Shown here: piece by piece, positions 15,576-27,104 of the stretch
How positions within the stretch are numbered: position 1 is the stretch's first letter
Layout: each line of letters starts with the position of its first letter
The notes under the pieces: model-generated
Database searches by the model: none
The model's input: the letters and a program-made list of their open reading frames with translations, nothing else
What the model was told of the DNA's origin: nothing
Position numbers and translations under genes: made by a program
DNA from: an uncultured Planctomycetia bacterium
Lineage (GTDB): Bacteria; Omnitrophota; Gorgyraeia; Duberdicusellales; 4484-171
Assembly: GCA_964536865.1 (NCBI GenBank)
Contig: CAZHYN010000012.1
Location: 1-32,000, forward strand
Direction of reading: 5' to 3'
DNA: 32,000 bases

Positions 15576-15974
15576 TTAATCTTGGTAAGTAGTTGCAATA
15601 CCAATCTTCCCTATTCCTAACTTTTTACACACATCCCAAACTTTTACTACCACTCCTAAGCTAGCATCTTTATCGGCCTTTATGAATACAGAGTCAGCTT
15701 TTATCTTCCGCATATAGTTCTCTAAATCCGAAATACTTACAGGTTTTCCCTGAAGATACACTATATCCTCGGAAGAAATTACTACTGTCAAAGTTCGTCT
15801 CTCTATACTTTCGCTAGTAACTGCCTTTGGCAATTTTACATTAATTCCTGGAACCACTACAAAACTGGAGGTGAGCATAAAAAATACCAAGAGCAAAAAT
15901 ACACAGTCTATTAAAGGAGCTATCTCCATCTGTCTTAGACCACTCTCTACAGTTAATCTTTTTTTAAATCTCAT
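15576..15974 (-). CDS. exbD: ExbD/TolR family protein, 132 aa
   Basis: MEIAPLIDCVFLLLVFFM TM motif and a periplasmic domain of typical size, downstream of the ExbB-like gene. Confidence 0.85.
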   Translation of the reverse strand: MRFKKRLTVESGLRQMEIAPLIDCVFLLLVFFMLTSSFVVVPGINVKLPKAVTSESIERRTLTVVISSEDIVYLQGKPVSISDLENYMRKIKADSVFIKADKDASLGVVVKVWDVCKKLGIGKIGIATTYQD

Positions 15975-16596
15975 GAGAGTATGGAGCCCCTGAAAGTACT
16001 CTAAGTAACTCTGTAGTAGCTCGCTCAGCAGTAAGGGTATAAAGATTTACTCGATGAACAAAATAATTGTAAGCAATAAAACTAGGGATAGCTACACAAA
16101 GTCCTGCAGCAGTAGTAAGAAGTGCCTCCCATATTCCTCCTGCTAAGTCAGAAGGATTTACCATACCCACAGTTGCTGCCTTCTGCTCAATTACGTAAAA
16201 AGACTTAACCATCCCCATAACTGTTCCTAGTAAACCTAAAAGAGGACTGATATGAGCGATAGTACTTAAAAAATTGATATTTCTTTCTAATTTAGGAATT
16301 TCATAAAGAGAGGCCTCCTCCATAGCTTCTCTGATAACCTCCTTAGACTGATCATAATGGAGGAGTCCTGCTTTAAGAATGTTAGTAAGATAAGAGGGGT
16401 ATTTTTCGCATACCTGGATAGCTTCTCTTATTCTATTCCTTCTTACGTAGCTTAAAATCTGTGTAAGTAACTCAGAAATATTCAGTTTAATACGAGAAAA
16501 ATAAATAAGTCTCTCAATAATTATAGCTAAAGAGAATATAGAACACAAAAGGATAGGTAACATGAGCCAACCGCCTTTAAAGATAAGCTGTATCAT
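15964..16596 (-). CDS. exbB: MotA/TolQ/ExbB proton-channel protein, 210 aa
   Basis: Three TM segments. Conserved LLGLLGTVMGMV and ALLTTAAGL motifs. Confidence 0.9.
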   Translation of the reverse strand: MIQLIFKGGWLMLPILLCSIFSLAIIIERLIYFSRIKLNISELLTQILSYVRRNRIREAIQVCEKYPSYLTNILKAGLLHYDQSKEVIREAMEEASLYEIPKLERNINFLSTIAHISPLLGLLGTVMGMVKSFYVIEQKAATVGMVNPSDLAGGIWEALLTTAAGLCVAIPSFIAYNYFVHRVNLYTLTAERATTELLRVLSGAPYSHEI

Positions 16597-16626
16597 CTTT
16601 CCTCCTTTAAACTTTGCATCTCTTTA

Positions 16627-19071
16627 TTATTTATCTTTCCCTTCTAAAGCTTTAATTTCTTCTATCTTCTTCTTAGCAATCTTTGCCTCAGCAACTTGAA
16701 GTTGAGCAATCCTCTGATATACCTGTTTTGCTTCGTCCAATTTATTTTCTCTTTCATAGATTTTAGCGATACGGAAGTAAGCTTTAACTTTATAATCTAA
16801 ATCGTCAAAAAGATATACTATTCTAAAGTATTGGCTCAAAGCTTCCTCTACTCTTCCTAATTTTTCTAAGCAGTATCCTAAGGAGAAATAAACACGAGGT
16901 TGAACTATTCCTTTAGCCATAGCTTTCTTAAAAAAAGATACCGCCTTCTTATACTCTTTTAAGTCCTTTAATAGTAGTGCCTTTTTAAATAAAGCTACAC
17001 CTGCTGAGGGAGTTTTAAGGTTAGCTAACTTCTCATAAATCCTTAAAGCCTCCTCTGCTTTACCTTCTTGAGCAAGAATATCTGCCCAGAGAAGCTCTGC
17101 TTTATAAGCAACTTTTTTGTTTTTACTTTTCCTTAAACTGTCTAAGTAAGCCTGGACTTTACCAAAATCTCCTTCCTGCCAGTAGAGCCAAGTCAAAGCC
17201 ATACTGGCTTCAAAGAATGAGGAGGTATTAGGATAACTTTTAATAACTTTCTGATAATACTGTTTTGCCTGAGAGAACTTACCTTCTTTTTCATAAAGAT
17301 TTCCTAACTCTAAGAGTATAGAAGCTAAATATGTAGATTTAGGAAATTGAACAATAAATTCTTTAAATAGTTTCTCCGCCTGAGCAAATTGAGAAAGATT
17401 TAAGTAAGCATAAGCTAAATCCGTAGTAATTAACTCCAAAAGTCCCTTATCTTTGGCCTTCTTTCTAAGTTGAGTAAAAATCTCTACTGCCTTCTGATAA
17501 TTACCTATGTTAAAAAAACATTTCCCGTAAAGGTAAGTCCCTTTTTCTCTTAAAAAATGGTTTTGGTAAACTTGAATGAATTCTTCTAAAATATTTCTGG
17601 CATTAACATAATCTCCCTGAGAGAAGTAGCTGGTAGCTAAATAATATTTGGCCTGAGGAATCAACTTAGAAGCGGGGAAATTTTTTTCCAAATTCTTAAA
17701 GCTCCACTTGGCTTCTTCAAAATGGTTATTCTTCAAAAACACCAATCCAATTTGGAATTGTATATAGTCTGAATAAATGTTGTTGGGATAATCTTTTAAG
17801 ATTTTATTGTAAGTCTCTAAGGCTAAATCATACATCCCTTTCTCTTGATAGGCATCAGCAATTTGGATTTGGGAGCTAACTCTCACGACAGGATTATCAG
17901 TAAATTTTAAAGTTCTCTTAAATTCCTCTATAGCTTTTTTAAACTCTCCTGTCTTTAAGTAACACCATGCTAATCCATAGTGAGCCCTATCAACTACCTC
18001 TCTAAAGTTATCTAACCCTCCTTCCTCTAATATATTCCGGTAAAGATATTGAGCATCTTTTATCCTTCCTAATTCATAGAGAATATCTGCTTTAATTAAA
18101 AATACCTTTACTTTATATTTACTCTTAGGAAAATTTACTAAGAAATTTTCACAACATAAAAGACCCTGGTGGTATTCCTTTGCTTTAAAGTGATAAGTAA
18201 TATAAGAAAATTGCTTGAGCTCTTTATCTTCAATATTATCAAACTCCTCTCTTGCCTTAATTAAATTTCCCTCCTCCAACCAGCAAGACCCTCTCTTATA
18301 GAAAAACAGATCTCTAAGATGAGGGGAAAGAGAAAGTTTTAACCCCTTAGAGAAAATTTTTCTAGCCTTAACTACATCTCCCTGTGCATAGAGAGCTTCT
18401 CCTTGATAGAATATTAACTCCCCTTTCTGTTGTTCTTGAGTAATATGAGGAAGATACTCCTCCACCAACTCTATAAGGAGGGTATATTTTTCTCTAAGAT
18501 AATAAAGCTTTGCTAACTGAAGGAGAGCGTCTTCTTTCACTTCCCTTACATTACTTTCATCAATTATTTTTTTTAAAGTATTTTCACATTCATCGTAACG
18601 AGCAAGAGAAAAATAAGACTGTGCTACTAGATAATACCCCCACCAGTAAAGAGAGGAATTTTCAAACTCTTTAATTATTTTTTGAGCATATTCCAAAGCC
18701 TGAGTGTAATTCTTACCTTCTAAGTAGATTTGAGATAACCAATAGTAAATCTCATCAACAAAATCTTTGCTATCTTCGCTTACTAGTAACTCTTTAAGTA
18801 TCTGTAAAGAGGATAGATATTTTTTTTGAAAGTAGTATGCCTTAGCGATATAGAGTTTTGCCCTGCCTATATTTTTACTGTCAGGGAAATCCTGGATAAA
18901 TTTCTCAAATAAAGTAATACTTGCTTGATAAAAGCCATCAAAGAAAGCTTTCTGAGCTACATAGAAACAATCCTCTTCTGGAGAAGAACAACTTACTCGA
19001 AGAGGTAAAATAAAGAGCATCATAGTTAAAAAGAGAAGTGTCCATAATTTTAATCTTTTTACATCCTTCAT
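16627..19071 (-). CDS. Secreted multi-TPR repeat protein, 814 aa
   Basis: N-terminal signal peptide, then repeated TPR-like A..Y..G.Y..A pattern along the whole length. ATGA overlap with the uvrA stop. Confidence 0.8.
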   Translation of the reverse strand: MKDVKRLKLWTLLFLTMMLFILPLRVSCSSPEEDCFYVAQKAFFDGFYQASITLFEKFIQDFPDSKNIGRAKLYIAKAYYFQKKYLSSLQILKELLVSEDSKDFVDEIYYWLSQIYLEGKNYTQALEYAQKIIKEFENSSLYWWGYYLVAQSYFSLARYDECENTLKKIIDESNVREVKEDALLQLAKLYYLREKYTLLIELVEEYLPHITQEQQKGELIFYQGEALYAQGDVVKARKIFSKGLKLSLSPHLRDLFFYKRGSCWLEEGNLIKAREEFDNIEDKELKQFSYITYHFKAKEYHQGLLCCENFLVNFPKSKYKVKVFLIKADILYELGRIKDAQYLYRNILEEGGLDNFREVVDRAHYGLAWCYLKTGEFKKAIEEFKRTLKFTDNPVVRVSSQIQIADAYQEKGMYDLALETYNKILKDYPNNIYSDYIQFQIGLVFLKNNHFEEAKWSFKNLEKNFPASKLIPQAKYYLATSYFSQGDYVNARNILEEFIQVYQNHFLREKGTYLYGKCFFNIGNYQKAVEIFTQLRKKAKDKGLLELITTDLAYAYLNLSQFAQAEKLFKEFIVQFPKSTYLASILLELGNLYEKEGKFSQAKQYYQKVIKSYPNTSSFFEASMALTWLYWQEGDFGKVQAYLDSLRKSKNKKVAYKAELLWADILAQEGKAEEALRIYEKLANLKTPSAGVALFKKALLLKDLKEYKKAVSFFKKAMAKGIVQPRVYFSLGYCLEKLGRVEEALSQYFRIVYLFDDLDYKVKAYFRIAKIYERENKLDEAKQVYQRIAQLQVAEAKIAKKKIEEIKALEGKDK

Positions 19072-21872
19072 ACTCGAATAAAATTAAAACTCAATTTATC
19101 TTTCAGGAACTTACCTGTATAGGAAGCTTTTATAAGAACAATCTCTTCAGGTGAACCACATCCTATTAAATATCCTCCTTCTTTGCCTCCCTCTGGCCCT
19201 AAATCAATTATATAATCAGCACATTTTATCACATCTAAATTATGCTCGATAACTACTACGGTATTTCTTCTATCTACTAATCTTTGAAGGACACCTAAAA
19301 GTTTTTTTATATCATCGAAATGTAAACCTGTGGTAGGCTCATCAAGGATATATAAAGTCTTGCCTGTAGCTTTCTTTCTCAACTGAGAAGCTAATTTTAT
19401 CCTCTGTGCCTCTCCTCCTGACAAAGTAGTTGCTGGCTGTCCCATCTTTATATATCCTAAACCCACGTCTTTCAATGTCTGGAGTATATTCTTAATCTGG
19501 GGAAAATTGTAAAATAAATCATAAGCTTCATCTACACTCATCTCTAAAACATCAGCAATACTCTTTCCTTTAAATTTAACTTCTAAGGTCTGAGCATTGA
19601 ATCTTTTACCTCCACATACCTGACAGGGTATGTAAACATCGGGAAGAAAATGCATCTCTATTTTCTTTATTCCATCTCCTTTACAAGCCTCACATCTCCC
19701 TCCTACTACATTAAAACTAAACCGAGAAGGTTTATATCCCCTCGCCCTTGCCTCTGGTAATTGAGCAAACACTTCTCTTATATAAGTAAAAACTCCAGTA
19801 TAAGTAGCAGGGTTAGACCGAGGGGTCCTCCCTATAGGGGATTGATCAACAATAATAACCTTATCAATTAATTCCATCCCTTCTATCCGAGTATATAAAC
19901 CGGGTTTCTCTCGAGAATCATAAAGTTTTCTAGCTAAAGCGCGGTAGAGTATCTCTTCTACTAAAGTAGATTTACCTGAACCAGACACGCCAGTCACACA
20001 CACAAATACCCCTAAAGGTATCTTTACATCAATATTTTTTAAATTATGTTCTCTGGCTCCTCTTATTACTATGAAAGGTTTATCTCTATAGGAACGTCTC
20101 ATTTTAGGTAACTCTATATACTCCTTCTTGCTTAAATATCTTCCAGTTAAAGAGGATGCATCAAAGATTCCTTCCACTTCCCCACTATAAACCACCTTAC
20201 CCCCGAAGAGACCTGCCCCAGGGCCTAAGTCTACTATCCAATCACTTGCTCTTATCATTGCCTCATCATGCTCCACTACTATCACTGTGTTACCCAAATC
20301 CCTTAAGTTCTTCAGTGTGTCAATCAATTTTTTCCCATCTCGAGGATGAAGCCCTATAGTAGGCTCATCAAGAATATAAATTACTCCACTTAATCCCGAA
20401 CCTACTTGGGTAGCAAGTCTTATCCTTTGAGACTCCCCTCCTGAAAGAGTAGAACTTAATCTATCAAGGGTAAGGTATCCTAAACCTACATCAATACAGA
20501 ACTTCAATCGCTTCTTTATTTCTTTTAGAATATGATGAGCAATTTTTTCCTCCGTAGAAGTTAACTTAAGAGAAGATATAAATTCAAAACATTCGCCGAT
20601 ACTTAACCTAACTACATCCCAAATAGATTTACCTCCCAAATATACCGAGAGACTTTCCTTTTTTAAACGCGCTCCTTTGCAACGTGGGCAAGGAAGTTTG
20701 GACATATATTTAGTGAGTTCATGCTTTAGGTAATCACTCTCAGTCTCATTAAAAATTCTTTCCAGATGAGGAATTACCCCCTCAAAGGGTTTAGACCAAA
20801 CCCAAACATTATCATCACCATAGAGAATTATATCTTTTACTCTCTTAGGAAGTTTATAGAAAGGGGTCTCCAAACTAAAACCAACCTCATCAGCTAATTC
20901 CCTAAGTAAAGAGCGATAATAAAGAATATAACCCCGTGATCCTCTCCTCCAGGGTTCAATTGCTCCCTCCCTTAGACTCCTTTTTTTATCGGGAATTACT
21001 AAATCCGGATCAAATTCTAAGAGTGTACCTAAACCATTGCAAGAAGGACAAGCACCGTATGGAGAATTAAAGGAAAACATCCTTGGCTCTAATTCCGGAA
21101 GGTAAATTCCGCAATGAGGACAGCTAAACTTAGTATTGAAAAGATATTCACTATTTTCGTTCTCATCATAGATTAAAAGTAAACCTTCGCCGTATTTTAA
21201 GGCAGTCTCTACAGAATTAGTAATCCTTTCTTTACTAGTGGTAGAGAGAATTACTCTATCAATTACAATCTCTATATTATGAAGTTTATATCTATCTATT
21301 TTTATCTCCTCATCAAGATCATAAATTTTTTTATCCACACGCATTCGCCTGAATCCTTCCCTTAAAAATCGATTAAATAAGGCCTGATATGTTCCTTTCT
21401 TGCCCCTTACTACTGGAGAAAGGATGAAGATTCGATGACCCTTGGGAAAAGAAAGAATCTTCTCAATAATTTGGCTGGAAGTCTCCTTAGTAATAGGACG
21501 TCCACACTTATGACAATAGGGTCTACCTACACGGGCAAAGAAAAGTCTGAGATAATCATAAATTTCTGTCTGAGTAGCAACTATGGAACGAGGAGAACCT
21601 CCCGCTGTCCTCTGTTCAATAGCGATAGCAGGAGAGAGTCCTTCTATAGATTCTACATCGGGTTTTTGAAACTGTTCTAAAAACTGACGAGCATAGCTGG
21701 ATAAACTCTCCACATACCTACGTTGACCTTCAGCGTAGATAGTATCGAAAGCTAAGGAAGACTTACCACTACCTGAAACTCCCGTGATTACTACCAGCTT
21801 ATTCTTGGGTATCTGTAAATTTATGTTCTTTAGGTTATGAATCTTAGCCCCCTTTATATTTATCGTATCCAT
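19068..21872 (-). CDS. uvrA: Excinuclease ABC subunit UvrA, 934 aa
   Basis: [34 protein letters not shown]. Two ABC modules ([16 protein letters not shown]). Zinc-finger Cys clusters. Confidence 0.97.
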   Translation of the reverse strand: MDTINIKGAKIHNLKNINLQIPKNKLVVITGVSGSGKSSLAFDTIYAEGQRRYVESLSSYARQFLEQFQKPDVESIEGLSPAIAIEQRTAGGSPRSIVATQTEIYDYLRLFFARVGRPYCHKCGRPITKETSSQIIEKILSFPKGHRIFILSPVVRGKKGTYQALFNRFLREGFRRMRVDKKIYDLDEEIKIDRYKLHNIEIVIDRVILSTTSKERITNSVETALKYGEGLLLIYDENENSEYLFNTKFSCPHCGIYLPELEPRMFSFNSPYGACPSCNGLGTLLEFDPDLVIPDKKRSLREGAIEPWRRGSRGYILYYRSLLRELADEVGFSLETPFYKLPKRVKDIILYGDDNVWVWSKPFEGVIPHLERIFNETESDYLKHELTKYMSKLPCPRCKGARLKKESLSVYLGGKSIWDVVRLSIGECFEFISSLKLTSTEEKIAHHILKEIKKRLKFCIDVGLGYLTLDRLSSTLSGGESQRIRLATQVGSGLSGVIYILDEPTIGLHPRDGKKLIDTLKNLRDLGNTVIVVEHDEAMIRASDWIVDLGPGAGLFGGKVVYSGEVEGIFDASSLTGRYLSKKEYIELPKMRRSYRDKPFIVIRGAREHNLKNIDVKIPLGVFVCVTGVSGSGKSTLVEEILYRALARKLYDSREKPGLYTRIEGMELIDKVIIVDQSPIGRTPRSNPATYTGVFTYIREVFAQLPEARARGYKPSRFSFNVVGGRCEACKGDGIKKIEMHFLPDVYIPCQVCGGKRFNAQTLEVKFKGKSIADVLEMSVDEAYDLFYNFPQIKNILQTLKDVGLGYIKMGQPATTLSGGEAQRIKLASQLRKKATGKTLYILDEPTTGLHFDDIKKLLGVLQRLVDRRNTVVVIEHNLDVIKCADYIIDLGPEGGKEGGYLIGCGSPEEIVLIKASYTGKFLKDKLSFNFIRV

Positions 21873-21873
21873 C

Positions 21874-22677
21874 TTAGTTTCCTATCTTAAGGTTAGAAAC
21901 AATCTTTTCTAAAAGAGATTGTGCAGAAAGAATAGCTAAAAAACTGGTTTTGGGGTTTACTATTGTAGGAACATTTTCAACCTTAACCTCTATTTTTGCT
22001 TTATCCGATTCAACTGTTATCCGATGAACATTTCGTTTGAGTTTACGATCTACCTTTACTATGACTTCAATATCCTTTACTCCCGAAGCCAAAAAGATAG
22101 TTGCAGCAACATTTATGTTTTGGGGGAAAAACTTTATCGCATCCTTTATATTACCTCTAAATAATACCTTCTCTCTTTTACTCTTAGAGTTTAACTTAGT
22201 TAAAAGCTGAGCTCCCTTCAAGGAATGAAAAGATTTAGAAGTTATAAGAGTAATTCTTCTTACCTTAGAAAATTTTATTGCCCCTAAACCATCTACCCCA
22301 CAAATTGCGCCTGAAGGAACATAAACCTTAGATAAACTATTTTTGACTAACTTAACTAAATTGGGATGATTTATAAACACTCCTACGCTTAAGATAATTA
22401 AATCTTTTTTATACTTCAATCCTTTAAGAAGCACCTTCTTAGCGACACCAATATTAGCAGATTCAATAATTAGATCCGACTCCTTCATTACTCCTTCAAA
22501 ATCTAACCTTTTAGGTTTTTTGTTTAACTTATTTAGGAGAGAACTCATCTTCTTCTTATCTATATCGTAGAGCCCATAAAGTTCTATCTCTCTATTTTTA
22601 AAATGCCTATCGATAAAGAATGCCAAATTTGTTCCAATTGCTCCACAGCCTATTATTCCTACTTTTATCTTTTTCAC
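21874..22677 (-). CDS. nadX: NadX-type L-aspartate dehydrogenase, 267 aa, GTG start
   Basis: Rossmann motif [31 protein letters not shown] and [15 protein letters not shown] closely parallel Thermotoga NadX as I remember it. GTGA overlap with the panC stop. Confidence 0.8.
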   Translation of the reverse strand: MKKIKVGIIGCGAIGTNLAFFIDRHFKNREIELYGLYDIDKKKMSSLLNKLNKKPKRLDFEGVMKESDLIIESANIGVAKKVLLKGLKYKKDLIILSVGVFINHPNLVKLVKNSLSKVYVPSGAICGVDGLGAIKFSKVRRITLITSKSFHSLKGAQLLTKLNSKSKREKVLFRGNIKDAIKFFPQNINVAATIFLASGVKDIEVIVKVDRKLKRNVHRITVESDKAKIEVKVENVPTIVNPKTSFLAILSAQSLLEKIVSNLKIGN

Positions 22678-23528
22678 CTTACTCTCACTAAAATATTATC
22701 TATTAATCTTGCTCTCCCCAAATAAACAGCTAAAGCTACTAGAATTTTACCTTTATCTATTTTCTTTAGTTCCTGTAAAGTTTCGGGAGAAACAATATCT
22801 ATATAATCTATCTTAGCAGAAGGGATATTTCTTTTTATGAATCTTTTAACCTCATTTCTTATCTTCAAGGGAGAATACTTTTTCTTTAAAATCAACTCCT
22901 TTGCTAGAATAAGTGATTTATAAAGATAAGGAGCTAACTTTCTCTGATGAGAGGAAAGGTAACTATTACGAGAACTCATTGCTAATCCATCCTTTTCTCT
23001 TATAATGGGGAGGATTTTAATTTTTATCGGAAAGTTTAAATCTCTTACCATTCTTTTTATAATCTGAGCCTGTTGAAAATCTTTTTGCCCGAAATAAGCA
23101 ATATCAGGAGTTACAATATTAAAAAGTTTTACTACTACGGTGCATACTCCTCGAAAATGTCCTGGCCTAAACTTTCCACAAAGATACTTACTTAGAGAAA
23201 CTTCCTCCACATAGGTAGAGAAGTCTTTAGGATACATAGTAGAAACTTTAGGATAAAAAACTAAATTTACACCTTCTTTCTTTAACAAACTTTCATCTTT
23301 TTTAAAATCCCGGGGGTAGCTATGAAAATCTTCTCCTGCTCCAAACTGGGTAGGATTTACGAATATACTTACCACAACAAAATCACATTCCTTATGGGCA
23401 CCTCTTATCAAAGAAAGATGACCCTCATGAAGTGCTCCCATTGTAGGAATGAATCCTATCAGTCTTCCTTTCTTTTTTGTCTTTTTTACTATATCTCTAA
23501 CTCTCTCAACTGTTCTTGCTACTATCAT
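22674..23528 (-). CDS. panC: Pantoate--beta-alanine ligase, 284 aa
   Basis: GFIPTMGALHEGHLSLI and FGQKDFQQ motifs. Confidence 0.95.
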   Translation of the reverse strand: MIVARTVERVRDIVKKTKKKGRLIGFIPTMGALHEGHLSLIRGAHKECDFVVVSIFVNPTQFGAGEDFHSYPRDFKKDESLLKKEGVNLVFYPKVSTMYPKDFSTYVEEVSLSKYLCGKFRPGHFRGVCTVVVKLFNIVTPDIAYFGQKDFQQAQIIKRMVRDLNFPIKIKILPIIREKDGLAMSSRNSYLSSHQRKLAPYLYKSLILAKELILKKKYSPLKIRNEVKRFIKRNIPSAKIDYIDIVSPETLQELKKIDKGKILVALAVYLGRARLIDNILVRVR

Positions 23529-23968
23529 CTTTTAACTTTTTCCCTTACCTTCTTCAGTATGTTCTCTATGCCAGGTTCGATTTCAAATAAAGGACCTAAA
23601 ACAAACTCTCGTTCAAACATCCGGGGATGAGGAATTTTTAAATCAGGCTCATCGATAATTTCCTCTCCATAGAGAAGGATATCTAAATCAATTACCCGAG
23701 GACCAAATCTAACTTCTCTTTTTCTACCCATCCTTCTTTCTATTCTTTGCAAAGCATCTAATAATTCCTTAGGTGAGTAATCTGTTCTTATCTTTATTAC
23801 TCCATTTAAATATTTACCTTGAGGAGGACCTTCTGGTTCTGTTTCTATTATAGAAGATATCTTCTCAACAGTTATTTCAGAATTTCTTTTTAAAAAATTT
23901 ATAGCTTTTCTTATATTCTCTTCTCTATCTCCTAAATTTGATCCAATCCCTATGAAGGCTGTCTTCAT
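23525..23968 (-). CDS. folK: 2-amino-4-hydroxy-6-hydroxymethyldihydropteridine diphosphokinase (HPPK), 147 aa
   Basis: AFIGIGSNLGDR, IDLDILLYG and IPHPRMFEREFVLGPL motifs. Confidence 0.92.
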   Translation of the reverse strand: MKTAFIGIGSNLGDREENIRKAINFLKRNSEITVEKISSIIETEPEGPPQGKYLNGVIKIRTDYSPKELLDALQRIERRMGRKREVRFGPRVIDLDILLYGEEIIDEPDLKIPHPRMFEREFVLGPLFEIEPGIENILKKVREKVKR

Positions 23969-25128
23969 CCTTTAAGTATAAATATTGCTTTTCTTAAAAT
24001 ATTCTCTTTTACGGTTAAAGCAAATCTTACAAACCCTTCTCCAAACTTACCGAAACCTATACCAGGTGTAGCTACTATTCTTTTTTTAAGAAGGTATTTA
24101 CAGAAATCTATAGAAGATTTAAATTTTTGGGGTAACTTTATCCACACATAAAAGGTACTTTCTGCCCAAAATTTACTAAATCCTAATTCTTTAAGCCCCT
24201 CACAAAATACTTCTTTTCTTTTTTTTATTATTTTTCTTAAATTAATTACATACTTTTTTCCCTTCTCCAAAGCATAAGTGGCGGCATCCTGAATAGCAGA
24301 AAATATCCCTGAATCAATATTTGTTTTTATCTTTAGGAGTCCGGTTACCAAGTCCTTATTACCACAGCACCAGCCAATTCTAAAGCCAGTCATACAAAAG
24401 GTCTTAGAGAAGGAATGAAACTCTAGAGTTATCTCTTTTGCTTCCTTTATCTCTAATAAACTGGAAGGCTTTTTTTCAAAATAAATTTCAGAATACGCAT
24501 TATCATAAGCAATAATTATCCTGTATTTAGAGCAAAACTTTACCAATTTCTTTAAAAATTCCTGGGACGCTAAAACAGTTGTGGGGTTGTTGGGGTAATT
24601 AAGATAGATTATCTTTGCTTTATTTCTTATGCTTTTAGGAATTTCCTCTAAATCCGGCAAAAAATTATTCTCCTCCCTTAAAGGTAATTCAAAAATTTTT
24701 GTCTCACAAGTTATCGCTGCTCCTTTATATCCAGGGTATCCAGGAGAGGGAATAATTATATAATCACCTTTATTTACAAAAGCTAAAGGAAAATGCACCA
24801 GGCCCTCTTTTGAACCAATTAAAGGCAAAATCTCTTTTTCCTCATCTAAATTTACTCCAAACCGTAACTTCATCCACTTTTTTATCGCCCTTCGCAAACT
24901 TAATTTTCCTTTATCTAAAGCGTATTTCTGGTTTTCCTTAATCTTTGCTGATTCATAAAGAACATCAATCATAACCCGAGGAGCAGGTATATCAGGATCC
25001 CCAATACTTAAATCAATAAATTCTTCCTTTTCTTTTTTTAACTTTTGCTTTAAGCGGTCTATCTCAGCAAATAGATAAGGAGGCAAATTCTTTAAACGCA
25101 AAGAGTATTCAATCATTTTATCTTTCAT
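23965..25128 (-). CDS. dapL: LL-diaminopimelate aminotransferase-type class I aminotransferase, start uncertain
   Basis: LPPYLFAEIDRLK, IGDPDIPAP and the SFSKTF..TGFRIGW PLP-lysine region. Sits among dapB/dapA/dapF/lysA. The track start at 25137 is TTG; ATGs at 25128 and 25116 are alternatives, and neither has ideal SD spacing. Confidence 0.7.
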   Translation of the reverse strand: MKDKMIEYSLRLKNLPPYLFAEIDRLKQKLKKEKEEFIDLSIGDPDIPAPRVMIDVLYESAKIKENQKYALDKGKLSLRRAIKKWMKLRFGVNLDEEKEILPLIGSKEGLVHFPLAFVNKGDYIIIPSPGYPGYKGAAITCETKIFELPLREENNFLPDLEEIPKSIRNKAKIIYLNYPNNPTTVLASQEFLKKLVKFCSKYRIIIAYDNAYSEIYFEKKPSSLLEIKEAKEITLEFHSFSKTFCMTGFRIGWCCGNKDLVTGLLKIKTNIDSGIFSAIQDAATYALEKGKKYVINLRKIIKKRKEVFCEGLKELGFSKFWAESTFYVWIKLPQKFKSSIDFCKYLLKKRIVATPGIGFGKFGEGFVRFALTVKENILRKAIFILKG

Positions 25129-25154
25129 ACCCTCCAACCACCATATAAGGAATT

Positions 25155-25415
25155 TTATTTTTTTCTAAAATTTTTGTTATTTTTATAACGACTTTTTTTG
25201 TCATTAGCTTTATTTTTATAATTATAATTCAAAATTTTTGCCATTCTTAAAATATGCTCAATACCTTGCAGGGGATTTTTTAAAGGAAAAACTTTTAATT
25301 CTTTTGCCAGCTCATAAAGACCATCGTAAATTTTTACTCTCCTCTTTAAAGAAATTTTTCTTTTTAAAATCCATTCTTTATTAAATTCTTCCCAAAGCTT
25401 TTTATTTTTAATCAT
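25155..25415 (-). CDS. Hypothetical protein, 86 aa, lysine-rich tail
   Basis: The ATG at 25415 overlaps the dapB TGA (TGATG). I recognise no family. The longer track ORF (to 25469) overlaps dapB. Confidence 0.4.
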   Translation of the reverse strand: MIKNKKLWEEFNKEWILKRKISLKRRVKIYDGLYELAKELKVFPLKNPLQGIEHILRMAKILNYNYKNKANDKKSRYKNNKNFRKK

Positions 25416-26128
25416 CAAAATAATACATCCTCCATAGAATATAAACCTGCTTCTTTCCTTGTAATCCATCTTGCTGCAAGAAGTGCACCCTGAGCAAAAA
25501 TATCCCTTGTTTTTGCAGAATGAAACAGCTCTAATTTATCAAAATTACTTTCAAAAATGACTTTATGGTCTCCTGTAATCTCATCTTCACGAATTGCTTT
25601 TATATCCTCTATTTTTATACCAAAACTATACTCATTTAAAATTTCTGCTATTTTTTTTGCGGTTCCCGAAGGAGCATCTTTTTTATGAATATGATGAGCT
25701 TCCTCAATATAGACTTTATAATCCTTTAAAATTTTTGCTGCCTCTTTAATCAATTTAAAAAAAAGATTAACCGATATACTCATATTAGGTGAAAATACAA
25801 TACCGATATCTTGTGAGGCTTCTTTTATCTTTTCTATTTCTTTTTGACTAAAACCAGTAGTTCCTATCACCGCAGGCCTTTTAAACTTTACCAAATAGGG
25901 AAGGTGTTCTAAAGTAGCCTCTGGAGTGCTGAATTCTATAAGACAATCACATTTTTCTATCTCTTCTGGGTATTCTACTATTTTTACACCTTCAAAAATA
26001 TCACCTATCTTAGGATGTGCTCTTTTTTCTAATCCAAATACTACCTCTAAATCTTTCTCATTTTTTGCCAAATTTATAACTCTTTTTCCCATTCTACCTA
26101 AAGCACCACTTACTCCTATCTTTATCAT
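25415..26128 (-). CDS. dapB: 4-hydroxy-tetrahydrodipicolinate reductase, 237 aa
   Basis: IGVSGALGRMG NAD(P)-binding motif. EEAHHIHKKDAPSGTA catalytic region. Confidence 0.93.
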   Translation of the reverse strand: MIKIGVSGALGRMGKRVINLAKNEKDLEVVFGLEKRAHPKIGDIFEGVKIVEYPEEIEKCDCLIEFSTPEATLEHLPYLVKFKRPAVIGTTGFSQKEIEKIKEASQDIGIVFSPNMSISVNLFFKLIKEAAKILKDYKVYIEEAHHIHKKDAPSGTAKKIAEILNEYSFGIKIEDIKAIREDEITGDHKVIFESNFDKLELFHSAKTRDIFAQGALLAARWITRKEAGLYSMEDVLF

Positions 26129-26209
26129 CTCTCTCCTTTCCTTTTAATCTTTTTAATTTTTAGGTAAAAGAGGAAATCTTTTTAAGATGCTCTCTTTCTA
26201 TTTTATATC

Positions 26210-27091
26210 TCATTTTATCAATTTGTATCTTTTAAGAATCTCTTTTAATTTTTCTAAGTTATTCTGACTCATTTCACATAAAGGTAATCTTAAAGTAGGA
26301 TTAATCAACCTCATAAGTCCTAAGGCTCTCTTTACCGGAATCGGGTTTGTCTCTATAAATAAAGCTTTAATTAAATCGTAAAGATAAAGTTGAAGTTTTT
26401 TTGCTTTCTCATAATCTCCTTTCAGGAAACTATCTATTAACTTGTGCATTTTGCGAGGCATTATATTTGCCACTACAGAGATTACCCCTTTTCCTCCTAC
26501 AGATAAAATAGGCAAAGTTATCTCATCACTTCCAGATAAAAGAACAAATTTTCTCTCCACCAGGCTCATAAGACGCGTAATTTGATCTAAATTGCCACTT
26601 GCTTCTTTTATTCCTATAATATTTTTACAATCTTTATATAATCTTGCTACAGTTTGAGGCAGTATATTTACACCTGTGCGTGAGGGAACATTATAAATAA
26701 TTAAGGGAATTTTAACAGAATTGGCAACCTTTTTATAGTGCTGGTATAAACCTTCCTGAGTGGGCTTGTTATAATAAGGAGTAATAACTAAAATTGCATC
26801 TGCACCTACTTTTTTAGAAAACTGAGCTAACTCTAATGCTTCACTTGTAGAATTAGAACCTGCCCCAGCAATAATAGGGATTCTTCCTTTTGCCTCCTCA
26901 ACCGCTATCTTTATCACTTCCTTATGCTCTTTATGCGTTAAAGTCGCACTTTCTCCAGTAGTTCCACAGACAAGTATGGCATCGGATTTGTTTTTTATAT
27001 GCCAATTAATTAAAAAACGCAGGCACCTCTCATCAATACCTCCATCTTCTTTAAAAGGAGTAACTAATGCAGGAATACTACCTTTAAACAC
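26210..27091 (-). CDS. dapA: 4-hydroxy-tetrahydrodipicolinate synthase, 293 aa from the GTG at 27091
   Basis: FKGSIPALVTPF, GTTGESATL and IGIKEASG (active-site Lys). The SD AAGGAGG at 27106-27100 lies 8 nt before the GTG at 27091. The track start GTG at 27100 sits partly inside the SD. Confidence 0.93.
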   Translation of the reverse strand: MFKGSIPALVTPFKEDGGIDERCLRFLINWHIKNKSDAILVCGTTGESATLTHKEHKEVIKIAVEEAKGRIPIIAGAGSNSTSEALELAQFSKKVGADAILVITPYYNKPTQEGLYQHYKKVANSVKIPLIIYNVPSRTGVNILPQTVARLYKDCKNIIGIKEASGNLDQITRLMSLVERKFVLLSGSDEITLPILSVGGKGVISVVANIMPRKMHKLIDSFLKGDYEKAKKLQLYLYDLIKALFIETNPIPVKRALGLMRLINPTLRLPLCEMSQNNLEKLKEILKRYKLIK

Positions 27092-27104
27092 AAAAACCAC
27101 CTCC

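Noticed and set aside
26129-26209. Lysine riboswitch or attenuator in the dapA-dapB spacer, or upstream of lysA/dapF.
   Set aside because: The spacer holds only an imperfect AT-rich hairpin. Nothing resembles the large conserved L-box, and the other lysine genes are joined by overlaps that leave no room for a leader.
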